Shown here: positions 11,921 through 21,182 of the stretch, piece by piece | How positions within the stretch are numbered: position 1 is the stretch's first letter | How the letters are laid out: the number at the start of each line of letters is the position of its first letter | Origin: Anaeromyxobacter sp. | GTDB taxonomy: Bacteria; Myxococcota; Myxococcia; Myxococcales; Anaeromyxobacteraceae | NCBI GenBank assembly: GCA_035498135.1 | Contig: DATKAL010000194.1 | Location: 1-33,890, forward strand | Length of the DNA: 33,890 nucleotides | Direction of reading: 5' to 3' | Program-made: the position numbers and the translations under genes | Notes under the pieces: generated by a model | The model's input: only the letters and a program-made list of their open reading frames with translations | What the model was told of the DNA's origin: nothing | The model's database searches: none

Positions 11921-12694
11921 ATGGAGTTCCGGGTCGACCGGAAGGGCGGGATCGAGGTCTGGACCATCGACGGCGAGGGGCGCCGCAACTCGATCTCCCT
12001 GGCGATGCTGGGGGAGCTGAGGACCCTCCTGGCGCGGGCCGCCGGGGACCGGGAGCTGCGCTGCGTCGTGCTCACCGGGACGGGCGACAAGGCCTTCTGC
12101 GCGGGCGCCGACCTCAAGGAGCGGGCGCGGATGGGCGCCGGCGAGGTGCACGCCTTCCACGAGGGGCTGCGGGCGGCGCTCCGCGGGATCGAGGGGGCGC
12201 CCCAGCCCTTCGTCGCCGCCCTGAACGGCGCCGCCCTGGGCGGCGGGCTCGAGCTCGCCCTGGCCTGCGACCTGCGGATCGCCGCGGACGGGGCCCAGCT
12301 CGGGCTCCCCGAGGTGTCGCTCGGGATCATCCCCGGGGGTGGCGGGACCCAGCGCCTCGCCCGCCTGGTGGGCGTCGCCCGGGCCAAGGACCTGGTCCTC
12401 ACCGCCCGCCGGATCGGGGCGGCGGAGGCCCTGGCGATGGGGCTGGTGACCCAGCTCGCCCCCCCGCAGCGGCTCCTCGCCGACGCGCTCGCGCTGGCGG
12501 AGCGGATCGCCCGGAACGCCCCGGTCTCGCTCCGGCAGGCGAAGCGGGCCATCGACGGCGGGTTCCACCTGCCGCTCGAGGAGGCGCTCGATCTCGAGAA
12601 CCGGCTCTACCAGGACTGCCTGGGCACGGAGGACCGCCGCGAGGCGCTCCGGGCCTTCGCGGAGAAGCGCCCGCCGCTGTTCAGGGGCGAGTGA
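11921..12694 (+). CDS. liuC: Enoyl-CoA hydratase, probably methylglutaconyl-CoA hydratase (LiuC-like)
   Basis: [41 protein letters not shown]. The specific function is inferred from operon context. Confidence 0.8.
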   Translation: MEFRVDRKGGIEVWTIDGEGRRNSISLAMLGELRTLLARAAGDRELRCVVLTGTGDKAFCAGADLKERARMGAGEVHAFHEGLRAALRGIEGAPQPFVAALNGAALGGGLELALACDLRIAADGAQLGLPEVSLGIIPGGGGTQRLARLVGVARAKDLVLTARRIGAAEALAMGLVTQLAPPQRLLADALALAERIARNAPVSLRQAKRAIDGGFHLPLEEALDLENRLYQDCLGTEDRREALRAFAEKRPPLFRGE

Positions 12695-12716
12695 GCCCAC
12701 GGAGGCGAGGGACCCA

Positions 12717-14288
12717 ATGGACGCGGACGGAAGGGGAGCCACCGGGGCGCCGCGCGAGGCGGGCCCGGACGAGCGGGTGGAGGCGCAGCTCGCCCGGGTG
12801 GAGCGGGGCGGGGCGGAGCGCTACCACGCCAAGAACGCCGAGCAGGGGAAGCTCTTCGTCCGGGAGCGGCTCCGGCTGCTCCTCGACCCCGGCTCGCTGA
12901 TCGAGGACGGGGCCCTCGCCAACGCCCTCGATCCGGAGCTGCCCGCCGACGGGGTGGTGACCGGGACGGGGACCATCGGCGGCCGCCCGGTCTGCGTGAT
13001 GGCCAACGACTCCACCGTCAAGGCGGGGAGCTGGGGTGCGCGGACGGTGGAGAAGATCCTCCGCATCCAGGAGGTGGCGGCCGACCGCCGGCTGCCGCTC
13101 TTCTACCTGGTCGACTCCGCCGGGGCGCGGATCACCGACCAGGTGGAGATGTTCCCCGGGCGGCGCGGGGCGGGCCGGATCTTCCACAACGAGGTCCACC
13201 TCTCCGGACTGGTCCCCCAGATCTGCCTCCTGTTCGGCCCCTCCGCGGCGGGCGGGGCCTACATCCCGGCCTTCTGCGACGTGGTGATCATGGTCGAGGG
13301 GAACGCCTCGATGTACCTGGGCTCTCCCCGGATGGCGGAGATGGTCATCGGCGAGAAGGTCTCGCTCGAGGAGCTGGGCGGGGCGAGGATGCACTGCTCG
13401 GTCTCCGGCTGCGGCGACTTCCTGGTCAAGGGCGAGGCGGAGGCGATCGCCCTCGCCCGGCGCTGGTTCTCCTACCTCCCCGGGAGCCACGCCACCCTGC
13501 CGCCCGACGCCCCGGCGCGGCCGCCGCGCCTCGGCGCGCGGCCGGTCGCCGAGATCGTCCCGCCCGATCAGAACCGGCCCTTCGACATGCTGGAGCTCGT
13601 CGAGGCGATCGTGGACGAGGGGTCGTTCCTCGAGGCGAAGCAGCTCTGGGCAGGGGAGCTGGTCACCGGCCTGGCGCGGATCGAGGGGCGGGCGGTGGGC
13701 GTCCTCGCCAACCAGCCCAAGGTGAAGGGGGGCGTGCTCTTCGTGGACTCGGCCGACAAGGCGGCCCGGTTCATCTGGCTGTGCGACGCCTTCAACCTGC
13801 CCCTGCTCTACCTGGCCGACGTGCCCGGGTTCATGATCGGGACGAAGGTGGAGCGGGCTGGCATCATCCGCGCCGGCGCCAAGATGATCAGCGCCGTCTC
13901 CGAGGCGACCGTCCCCCGGATCTGCGTGGTGGTGCGCAAGGCCTACGGGGCCGGGCTCTACGCCATGGACGGGCCGGGCTTCGGCCCCTCGGCCACCCTC
14001 GCCCTGCCCCAGGCGATGATCGCGGTGATGGGGCCGGAGGCGGCGGTCAACGCCGTCTACTTCAACAAGATCCAGGAGCGGCCGGAGGGCGAGCGGGCCG
14101 CCTACGTGGCCGCGCTCCGGGAGGAGTACCGGCGCGACATCGACCTGCTCAAGCTGGCGAGCGAGCTGGTGGTGGACGCGGTGATCCCCGGGGAGCGGTT
14201 GCGGGAGGAGCTCTCCCGCCGGTTCCGCATGGCGGCGGCCGGGTACGCGCCGCCCCGGGAGCGCAAGCACGGCGTGACGCCGGTCTAG
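12717..14288 (+). CDS. Acyl-CoA carboxylase carboxyltransferase subunit (methylcrotonyl-CoA carboxylase beta-like)
   Basis: GKLFVRERLRLLLD, AGSWG, DSAGAR, GPSAAGGAY, DVPGFMIG, RKAYGAG, KHGVTPV C-terminus. Confidence 0.92.
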   Translation: MDADGRGATGAPREAGPDERVEAQLARVERGGAERYHAKNAEQGKLFVRERLRLLLDPGSLIEDGALANALDPELPADGVVTGTGTIGGRPVCVMANDSTVKAGSWGARTVEKILRIQEVAADRRLPLFYLVDSAGARITDQVEMFPGRRGAGRIFHNEVHLSGLVPQICLLFGPSAAGGAYIPAFCDVVIMVEGNASMYLGSPRMAEMVIGEKVSLEELGGARMHCSVSGCGDFLVKGEAEAIALARRWFSYLPGSHATLPPDAPARPPRLGARPVAEIVPPDQNRPFDMLELVEAIVDEGSFLEAKQLWAGELVTGLARIEGRAVGVLANQPKVKGGVLFVDSADKAARFIWLCDAFNLPLLYLADVPGFMIGTKVERAGIIRAGAKMISAVSEATVPRICVVVRKAYGAGLYAMDGPGFGPSATLALPQAMIAVMGPEAAVNAVYFNKIQERPEGERAAYVAALREEYRRDIDLLKLASELVVDAVIPGERLREELSRRFRMAAAGYAPPRERKHGVTPV

Positions 14289-14297
14289 GAGGGGCGG

Positions 14298-15437
14298 ATG
14301 GACTTCGAGCTGCCCGAGGAGCTCCAGGAGATCCAGCGGACGCTGCGCGTGTTCTGCGAGGCGGAGGTGAAGCCGCGGGCGCGCGAGTGGGACGAACGCG
14401 GGGAGTTCCCGCACGAGGTGGTGGCCAGGCTCGGGGAGATGGGGCTCCTCGGGATCACCGTCCCGGAGGAGTACGGGGGCGCCGGCCTGGGGGCCCTGGC
14501 GGTCGCGGTGGTGGTCGAGGAGGTGGCCCGGTACGACGGCTCGCTCGCCCTCACGGTGGCGAGCCACAACGGGCTGGGCACCGGGCACATCCTCCGGTTC
14601 GGGACCGAGGCCCAGCGGCGCCGCTACCTGCCCGCCCTGGCGCGCGGGGAGCGGCTCGCCGCCTGGGGGTTGACCGAGCCGGGGAGCGGCTCGGACGCGG
14701 CGGCGATGCGCACCACCGCGCTGCGGCGGGGGGAGGGCTGGGTGCTGAACGGCACCAAGACCTTCATCACCCAGGGGACTGTGGGCGGGACCTTCGTGGT
14801 CCTGGCGGTCACCGACCCGGGGCGCAAGCAGCACGGCATCACCGCCTTCGTCCTGGAGAAGGGGCTGCCGGGCTTCAGCCAGCGCCCCATCCACGGCAAG
14901 CTCGGGATGCGGAGCTCCGACACCGCCGAGCTGGTGCTGGAGGAGGTCGAGGTCGGGGACGAGCGGCGGCTGGGGGCGGTGAACGAGGGGTTCCTGAACA
15001 CCCTGCAGATCCTGGATCGGGGGCGGATCGGCATCGGGGCCCTCGCCGTCGGCCTGGGCCGGGGGGCGCTGGAGGAGGCCCGCGCCTACGCCCTGGAGCG
15101 GCGGGCGTTCGGCCAGCCCATCGCCCGGTTCCAGGCGATCGCCTTCATGCTCGCGGACATGGCCACGGAGACCGCGGCCGCCCGGCTGCTCGTCCACCGG
15201 GCGGCCGCCCTGTGCGACGCGGGCCTACGCTTCGGCCAGGAGGCCTCCATGGCCAAGCTCTTCGCCAGCGAGGCCGCCATGCGCGCCGCCTCCCGCGCGG
15301 TCCAGATCCACGGGGGCTACGGCTACACCCGCGACTTCCCGGTGGAGCGGTACCTCCGCGACGCGAAGCTGACCGAGATCGGGGAGGGGACGAGCGAGGT
15401 GCAGCGGATGGTCATCTCGCGCCAGGTTCTGAGGTAG
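14298..15437 (+). CDS. Acyl-CoA dehydrogenase (isovaleryl-CoA/short branched-chain type by context)
   Basis: LTEPGSGSD, LNGTKTFIT, KLGMRSSDT, QIHGGYGY, EIGEGTSEVQR. Confidence 0.93.
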   Translation: MDFELPEELQEIQRTLRVFCEAEVKPRAREWDERGEFPHEVVARLGEMGLLGITVPEEYGGAGLGALAVAVVVEEVARYDGSLALTVASHNGLGTGHILRFGTEAQRRRYLPALARGERLAAWGLTEPGSGSDAAAMRTTALRRGEGWVLNGTKTFITQGTVGGTFVVLAVTDPGRKQHGITAFVLEKGLPGFSQRPIHGKLGMRSSDTAELVLEEVEVGDERRLGAVNEGFLNTLQILDRGRIGIGALAVGLGRGALEEARAYALERRAFGQPIARFQAIAFMLADMATETAAARLLVHRAAALCDAGLRFGQEASMAKLFASEAAMRAASRAVQIHGGYGYTRDFPVERYLRDAKLTEIGEGTSEVQRMVISRQVLR

Positions 15438-15494
15438 GCTGCGCGCCATGGAACGGAGCGCGCCCGAGCCGCGCGCCCGTCTCCGGTGAGGAAC

Positions 15495-16799
15495 ATGTCC
15501 GAGGGCGAGCACACCATCATCGGCAAGATCCCGCGCGAGCGCCTGAACCAGATCGCCTCGCGCAAGCTCTCCGCCCTGGGGATCCAGGTCCGGCTGGGCG
15601 CGGATCGCGAGACGCTCGAGGGCGAGCTGGCCTTCGCCGGGCGCGTCGTCCACCCCGCCACCGGGCAGGCGGTCCCCCGGGCCCGCTTCGTGGTGGTGGG
15701 GCACGATCACCTGCGCTTCCTCGATCCGCCGCTCTCCGCCCTGGGGGAGGTCGGCTTCTACGAGCACGAGCGGGCCCAGGCGCTCGAGCAGGCGATCGCC
15801 CAGGGCTTGGCCCGCTGCGGCGCCGCTCTCCAGGACGTGGCGGCCCGGATGCGCGCCCTGGGGCTCGAGGTCTCGGTGGACGCGGAGCGGGTGGCGATCC
15901 GGGCCGTGATCAAGACCGCCACCCACGCCTTCGAGATCCTGGGCACGTCCGAGGCGGTGCGGGTGGCGCGGGTGGCTCCGGTGGGCGGCCGTCCGTTCGA
16001 GGTCTCGGCGCAGTTCCCTCCGCTCGAGCTGGCCGAGCACGGGAGCCGGACCGACCTCGAGGTCTACCTCTCGGCCGCCGTCCCCCGGATGCAGGCCGGT
16101 CCCCGGCCGGCCGCGCCCTCCCCGGCGGCGCCCGGGGGCCTCACCGCCACCCCCCCGCCGCGGAACGCGCTCACGCTGGCCACGCTCGCCCGGGTGTTCG
16201 GCGAGGAGGCGATCCTCGCGCCCAACGCGATGGTGGAGCTGGTCCAGGAGTTCGTCCACGCCAACACCCGCTACCGCTTCGTGGCGGCGCGCGAGATGGG
16301 GACCCGGTTCCGCGGCCGCCTCATCGGCCCGAGTGGCGACGTCTGGGCGGACCGGTTCGAGCTGGCCGACTTCCCCGGGACGCGGAAGGTGGTGGCGCTG
16401 GCGCTGGGCGCGGCGGAGGCCGAGCCGGAGCCGGCCGCCGGCCCGGAGGCGGGCGCGCCCTCGGGAGAGGTCCCCGGCCACCTCATGCCCCACCCGGGAG
16501 AGGTCTGGGTGATGAACGTGGTGGTGGAGGAGGCGGACCGGGACGAGATCCGGTACGTCGGGACCGACATCGACGGCCGTCCCTACGGCGCTGCCCGGGT
16601 CCTCAAGCGCGCCGACTTCGAGGCGGTCTTCTCCCAGGACCGGGGCGGCTGGCGGCTGCTCATCCACATCGACGGGCTCCAGGGCGGGGACGTCATCTAC
16701 CGGCAGCTCGACCGGGGCCGGCAGCCGATGGGGGCGCCCCGCAAGATGTCGGCGGCGATCCTGGTGGCCAACTTCGTGCCCGAGGCGGCGGCGTACTGA
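15495..16799 (+). CDS. Hypothetical multi-domain protein
   Basis: GAGGA RBS before ATG 15495; GC3-biased open frame; stop overlaps the meaB start (TGATG). No recognisable motif. Confidence 0.8.
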   Translation: MSEGEHTIIGKIPRERLNQIASRKLSALGIQVRLGADRETLEGELAFAGRVVHPATGQAVPRARFVVVGHDHLRFLDPPLSALGEVGFYEHERAQALEQAIAQGLARCGAALQDVAARMRALGLEVSVDAERVAIRAVIKTATHAFEILGTSEAVRVARVAPVGGRPFEVSAQFPPLELAEHGSRTDLEVYLSAAVPRMQAGPRPAAPSPAAPGGLTATPPPRNALTLATLARVFGEEAILAPNAMVELVQEFVHANTRYRFVAAREMGTRFRGRLIGPSGDVWADRFELADFPGTRKVVALALGAAEAEPEPAAGPEAGAPSGEVPGHLMPHPGEVWVMNVVVEEADRDEIRYVGTDIDGRPYGAARVLKRADFEAVFSQDRGGWRLLIHIDGLQGGDVIYRQLDRGRQPMGAPRKMSAAILVANFVPEAAAY

Positions 16800-17851
16800 T
16801 GGGCCTGAACGGCATCGCCGAGCGGGTGCTGGCGGGCGACGTCCGGGCCGCGGCCCGCCTGATGCGCGATCTGGACGACCGCCTCCCGAGCGCCGAGGCG
16901 ATCCTCCGGACGCTGCTCCCCCGGACCGGCCGCGCCTACGTGGTCGGGCTGACCGGGGCGCCGGGCGCCGGCAAGTCGTCGCTCACCGACCGGCTCATCG
17001 CCCACCACCGGCGGGCGGGGAGGAGCGTCGGGGTGGTGGCGGTGGATCCCACGAGCCCCTTCACCGGGGGGGCGATCCTGGGCGACCGGATCCGGATGCA
17101 GGACCACGCCCTGGACCCGGGGGTCTTCATCCGGTCGCTCGGGACCCGCGGCCACCTGGGCGGCCTCTCCCGCTCCACCGCCGAGCTGGTGCAGGTGATG
17201 GACGCGATGGGGAAGGACGTGATCCTGGTGGAGACGGTCGGGGTGGGCCAGGACGAGGTCGAGGTGGCCTCGCTGGCGCACACCGTGGTCGTGGTGGCGG
17301 TCCCGGGGCTGGGCGACGACGTCCAGGCGATCAAGGCCGGGGTCCTCGAGATCGCGGACGTCTTCGCGGTCAACAAGGCCGACCGGGAGGGTGCCGACCG
17401 GACGGTCCGCGACCTGCAGACCCTCCTCGAGCTGCGTCGCAGCGTGCAGGCGCGCCCGGTCGAGCACGACGCCGCGCACCGGCCGCTCCCGGCCGGCTGC
17501 GCCCTGCCGGCCGCGCCGCCGGTCGAGGGGTGGGAGCCGCCCATTGTCCGGACGGTGGCCACCCGCGGGGAGGGGATCGACGCCCTGGCCGAGGCGGTGG
17601 AGCGCCACCGGTCCCACCAGGACGCGAGCGGCGAGCGGCACCGCCGCGAGATCGACCGCGCCCGGGCCGCCTTCGTCACCATCCTCCGGGAGCGGCTCCT
17701 GGCCGGGGCCCTGGCGCGGCTGGAGGCGGAGCTCGGGCGGCTGGATGCGGTGGCGGCGCGGATCGCGGCGCGCGACGCCGATCCCTACCAGCTCGCCGAG
17801 GAGCTCGCGGCGCGGCTGGGCGCGCCCGAGGAACAAGGGGGCGGGCGATGA
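16799..17851 (+). CDS. meaB: Methylmalonyl-CoA mutase-associated GTPase MeaB/ArgK
   Basis: GLTGAPGAGKSS, AVDPTSPFTGGAILGDRIRM, ETVGVGQDE, GDDVQAIKAG, NKAD. Confidence 0.95.
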   Translation: MGLNGIAERVLAGDVRAAARLMRDLDDRLPSAEAILRTLLPRTGRAYVVGLTGAPGAGKSSLTDRLIAHHRRAGRSVGVVAVDPTSPFTGGAILGDRIRMQDHALDPGVFIRSLGTRGHLGGLSRSTAELVQVMDAMGKDVILVETVGVGQDEVEVASLAHTVVVVAVPGLGDDVQAIKAGVLEIADVFAVNKADREGADRTVRDLQTLLELRRSVQARPVEHDAAHRPLPAGCALPAAPPVEGWEPPIVRTVATRGEGIDALAEAVERHRSHQDASGERHRREIDRARAAFVTILRERLLAGALARLEAELGRLDAVAARIAARDADPYQLAEELAARLGAPEEQGGGR

Positions 17852-18867
17852 GCGACGGACGCCCGGCGCCGCCCCTCCCGGCGGGAGCCGACGAGGCCTG
17901 CGATCCGGTGGCCGCCCTGGAGGCACGGCTCGGCGCGCCCCTCCCCGATCGCGCGCTGGCCCTCGCCGCCCTGACGCACAAGTCGTACGTCAACGAGCAC
18001 CGGGACGAGCCCGGCCTCCGCGACAGCGAGCGGCTCGAGTTCCTGGGCGACGCGGTCATCGACCTGGCGGTCTCGCAGCGGCTGATGGAGCGGTTCCCCG
18101 GCGCGCAGGAGGGGGAGCTGTCCAAGCTGCGGGCCGCGGTGGTCGACGAGCAGGGGCTCTCCGAGCTGGCGCGGGCGCTGGACCTGGGCACCTTGCTCCG
18201 GCTCGGGCGCGGGGAGGAGCTGACCGGCGGGCGCCAGAAGGACTCGCTCCTGGCCGACGCGCTCGAGGCGGTGATCGCCGCGCTCTACCTCGGCGGCGGG
18301 ATCGCGCCGGTCCTCGGGGTGGTGGATCGCTTCCTGGGAGAGGCCTTCGCCCGGGCCGCCGCCGGGACGCTCGATCGCGACTTCAAGACCCAGCTCCAGG
18401 AGCTGGCGCAGAGCCGGCTGCGGGCCACCCCGCGCTACCGGGTGGTGGCGGAGCACGGGCCCGATCACTCCAAGGTCTTCGAGGTGGAGACCGACCTGCG
18501 GGGAGAGGTCCTCGGCCGCGGCGCGGGCCGCTCGAAGAAGGACGCCGAGCAGGCGGCCGCGCGGCTGGCGCTCGATCACCTGGGCCGCCGCTTCGCGGAG
18601 GGCGAGCCGCCGGCCGCCGCGCCCGAGGCGGCCGTTCCCCTCGCCGAGCCGCCTCCACCGCCCGCCGAGGCGGCCTGCGCTCCGGTCGCCCCCGGGCCGG
18701 CGGCGGAGCGCCCGCCGCCTCCTCCGGGAGGAGAGGGGCCCGCGCGCCCCGGCGGCCGGAAGCGCCCGGTCCGGATCACCCCCGCCAAGCGGACCGGCTC
18801 CCGGGTGCGGCCGGCCCGGAAGCCCGTCACCCGGCGGGCCCGCAAGGGGGGGCGCTCCGCCCGCTGA
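17848..18867 (+). CDS. rnc: Ribonuclease III with Pro-rich/basic C-terminal extension
   Basis: ALTHKS, ERLEFLGDAV, ADALEAVIAALY; dsRBD segment DFKTQLQE...GRSKKDAEQAAA. Confidence 0.96.
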   Translation: MSDGRPAPPLPAGADEACDPVAALEARLGAPLPDRALALAALTHKSYVNEHRDEPGLRDSERLEFLGDAVIDLAVSQRLMERFPGAQEGELSKLRAAVVDEQGLSELARALDLGTLLRLGRGEELTGGRQKDSLLADALEAVIAALYLGGGIAPVLGVVDRFLGEAFARAAAGTLDRDFKTQLQELAQSRLRATPRYRVVAEHGPDHSKVFEVETDLRGEVLGRGAGRSKKDAEQAAARLALDHLGRRFAEGEPPAAAPEAAVPLAEPPPPPAEAACAPVAPGPAAERPPPPPGGEGPARPGGRKRPVRITPAKRTGSRVRPARKPVTRRARKGGRSAR

Positions 18868-18884
18868 GCCCGTCCTCATTTCAT

Positions 18885-18913
18885 TTGCCGCGCCCGCCCC
18901 CCGCGGCTAGCAT
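18885..18913 (+). promoter_or_regulatory. Internal promoter ahead of the cyclophilin pair
   Basis: TTGCCG(18885-18890)-17 nt-TAGCAT(18908-18913), 10 nt before the ATG, with no SD sequence. Confidence 0.55.
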
Positions 18914-18923
18914 CCCGCCGCAT

Positions 18924-19625
18924 ATGACGAAGACCACCTCGCTCGTCCTCGCACTCTGCGTGTCGCTCGGGGCCGGCGCCGCGCGCGCCCAGGCCCCCGC
19001 CAAGCCCGAACCCGCCAAGAAGGAGGCGGGGAAGGACCTCTACGCCCTCCTCGAGACCTCGCGCGGCAAGATCGGCGTGAAGCTCCTCTCGGCCGAGGCG
19101 CCGAAGGCCGTGGCCAACTTCGTGGAGCTCGCCACCGGCAAGAAGGAGTACCGGGACGCGCTCACCAACGAGCCGCGGAAGGGCGCCTACTTCGACGGTA
19201 CGCTCTTCCACCGCGTGATCCCGGGGTTCATGATCCAGGGCGGCGACCCGGCCACCCGCGGGGCTCCGCTGGGCGCGACCAGCGCCAAGGGGATCCCCTT
19301 CGGCGTGTCCGGCCCGGGCTACAAGTTCGAGGACGAGCTGCCGCCCCCCGGCACGAGGCTCTTCGAGAAGCCCTGCGTCCTGGCGATGGCCAACGCCGGG
19401 CCCAACACCAACGGGTCGCAGTTCTTCATCACCGAGGGGGCCGGCGCGGCCGTCCCGCAGCTCGAGCCGCGCGCCTGCGACTCGGCCTCGGGGGTCTGCG
19501 GCTACACCCGCTTCGGCCTGGGCGTGTGCGGCTGCGAGCTGGTCGGGCAGATCGCTCGGGCCGGCGCCTCGCAGACCCGCCTCGAGAAGGTCGTCATCGG
19601 CAGCAAGCCGCCCACCTGCAAGTAG
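18924..19625 (+). CDS. Exported cyclophilin-type peptidyl-prolyl isomerase, Cys-rich
   Basis: Signal peptide (…GAARA/QAP); FHRVIPGFMIQGGDP and AMANAGPNTNGSQFFIT. Confidence 0.92.
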   Translation: MTKTTSLVLALCVSLGAGAARAQAPAKPEPAKKEAGKDLYALLETSRGKIGVKLLSAEAPKAVANFVELATGKKEYRDALTNEPRKGAYFDGTLFHRVIPGFMIQGGDPATRGAPLGATSAKGIPFGVSGPGYKFEDELPPPGTRLFEKPCVLAMANAGPNTNGSQFFITEGAGAAVPQLEPRACDSASGVCGYTRFGLGVCGCELVGQIARAGASQTRLEKVVIGSKPPTCK

Positions 19626-19662
19626 CCGGGCCGGCCCGCGCGGCCGGCCGATCGGAGGAGCC

Positions 19663-20169
19663 ATGGCGGAGCAGCTCTACGCGACCTTCACGACCTCGCT
19701 CGGCGAGATCGTGGTGAAGCTCCTTCCGGAGAAGGCGCCCAAGACGGTCGCCAACTTCGTCGAGCTGGCGGAGGGGACGCGCGAGTGGACCGACCCGAAG
19801 AGCGGCCAGAAGGCGAAGCGGCCGCTGTACGACGGGACGATCTTCCACCGCGTCATCCCCGACTTCATGATCCAGGGGGGAGATCCCCTGGGCACGGGCA
19901 CCGGGGGCCCGGGCTACCGGTTCGAGGACGAGATCGGGCCGGACAACGTCTTCTCCAAGCCCGGCCTGCTGGCGATGGCCAACGCCGGGCCCAACACCAA
20001 CGGGTCGCAGTTCTTCATCACCGAGGTGGAGACGCCCTGGCTCAACAAGGGCCATACCATCTTCGGCGAGGTGGTGCGCGGCGCCGAGCTGATCCCGAAG
20101 ATCACCCGGACCGGCAACTCCAAGGTCAAGCTGGAGAAGGTCACCATCACCCGCGGCGCCCAGCCCTAG
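19663..20169 (+). CDS. Cytoplasmic cyclophilin-type peptidyl-prolyl isomerase
   Basis: GGAGG RBS; FHRVIPDFMIQGGDP, AMANAGPNTNGSQFFIT, WLNKGHTIFG. Confidence 0.95.
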   Translation: MAEQLYATFTTSLGEIVVKLLPEKAPKTVANFVELAEGTREWTDPKSGQKAKRPLYDGTIFHRVIPDFMIQGGDPLGTGTGGPGYRFEDEIGPDNVFSKPGLLAMANAGPNTNGSQFFITEVETPWLNKGHTIFGEVVRGAELIPKITRTGNSKVKLEKVTITRGAQP

Positions 20170-20249
20170 GCGGGCGGACGACCGCCGAACCCCAGGCGCC
20201 CGCGGGGGCCGCTCGACGCGAGCGGCCGGACCGCGGGCGCGATCACCTC

Positions 20250-21182
20250 ATGGCCCGAAAGAGCAGAGCCCCGTTCCGCGCCGGCTTCGTCGGGATCGTC
20301 GGCCGCCCCAACGTGGGGAAGTCGACCCTCCTCAACCGGATCCTGCGCGAGCACGTGGCGATCGTCTCGCCGCGGCCGCAGACCACACGGACCCGGATCC
20401 TGGGGATCCACAACGCCCCCGGCCTGCAGCTGGCCTTCTTCGACACCCCCGGGCTCCACCGGGCCGAGGGGGCGCTCAACCGGCGGATGGTGGAGACCGC
20501 CCTGGGCACGCTCCGGGAGGTCGACCTGGTCCTGATGCTGGTCGAGGCCGGCACCGGGCCCGAGGGGCGGGTGGAGATCGGCGAGGCCACCCGCTGGGCG
20601 GCGGCCGAGGTGGCGCGCAGCGGGAAGCCCGCCGTCCTGGGCGTGAACAAGATGGACCGCGCGCCCCGCCTCTCGCTCCTCCCGGTGATCGACGCGTACA
20701 AGGACCTGCACGCCTGGGCGGAGATCGTGCCCTTCTCCGCCCTGACCGGGGAGAACGTGGAGGCGGTGGTGGAGGTCCTCGGCCGGCTGGCGCCGGAGGC
20801 GGAGGCGCCGCTCTTCCCGCCCGACGTCCTCACCGACCAGGCGGAGCGGCAGCTGGCCGCCGAGTACGTGCGCGAGCAGGTGATGCTCCAGACGCGCCAG
20901 GAGATCCCGTACGCCGCGGCGGTCGAGGTGGAGGCCTTCGACGAGTCGGACCGGCGCGAGCGGGGAGGGCTGGTGCGGATCGCGGCGCTGATCTCGGTCG
21001 AGCGCCCCTCGCAGAAGGCGATCGTGATCGGCAAGGGCGGGGCGATGCTCAAGGCGATCGGGACCAAGGCCCGGCAGAGCCTGGAGCGGCTCCTCGGCTG
21101 CAAGGTGTTCCTCTCCCTGACCGTCAGGGTGGAGGAGCGCTGGAGCGAGCGCGAGCAGGCGCTGCGGAGGTTCGGCCTGTGA
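20250..21182 (+). CDS. era: GTPase Era
   Basis: GRPNVGKST, PQTTR, DTPG, NKMD; KH domain SQKAIVIGKGG. Confidence 0.97.
   Translation: MARKSRAPFRAGFVGIVGRPNVGKSTLLNRILREHVAIVSPRPQTTRTRILGIHNAPGLQLAFFDTPGLHRAEGALNRRMVETALGTLREVDLVLMLVEAGTGPEGRVEIGEATRWAAAEVARSGKPAVLGVNKMDRAPRLSLLPVIDAYKDLHAWAEIVPFSALTGENVEAVVEVLGRLAPEAEAPLFPPDVLTDQAERQLAAEYVREQVMLQTRQEIPYAAAVEVEAFDESDRRERGGLVRIAALISVERPSQKAIVIGKGGAMLKAIGTKARQSLERLLGCKVFLSLTVRVEERWSEREQALRRFGL

Noticed and set aside
13781-16798. Giant 1356-aa ORF, and similar long ORFs (20243..24079 -, 7496..10318 -, 3966..6470 +, 22114..24513 +)
   Set aside because: R/G/P-rich off-frame or antisense shadows typical of high-GC DNA; only the 3' ends of some are real genes (meaB, the Nudix fusion).
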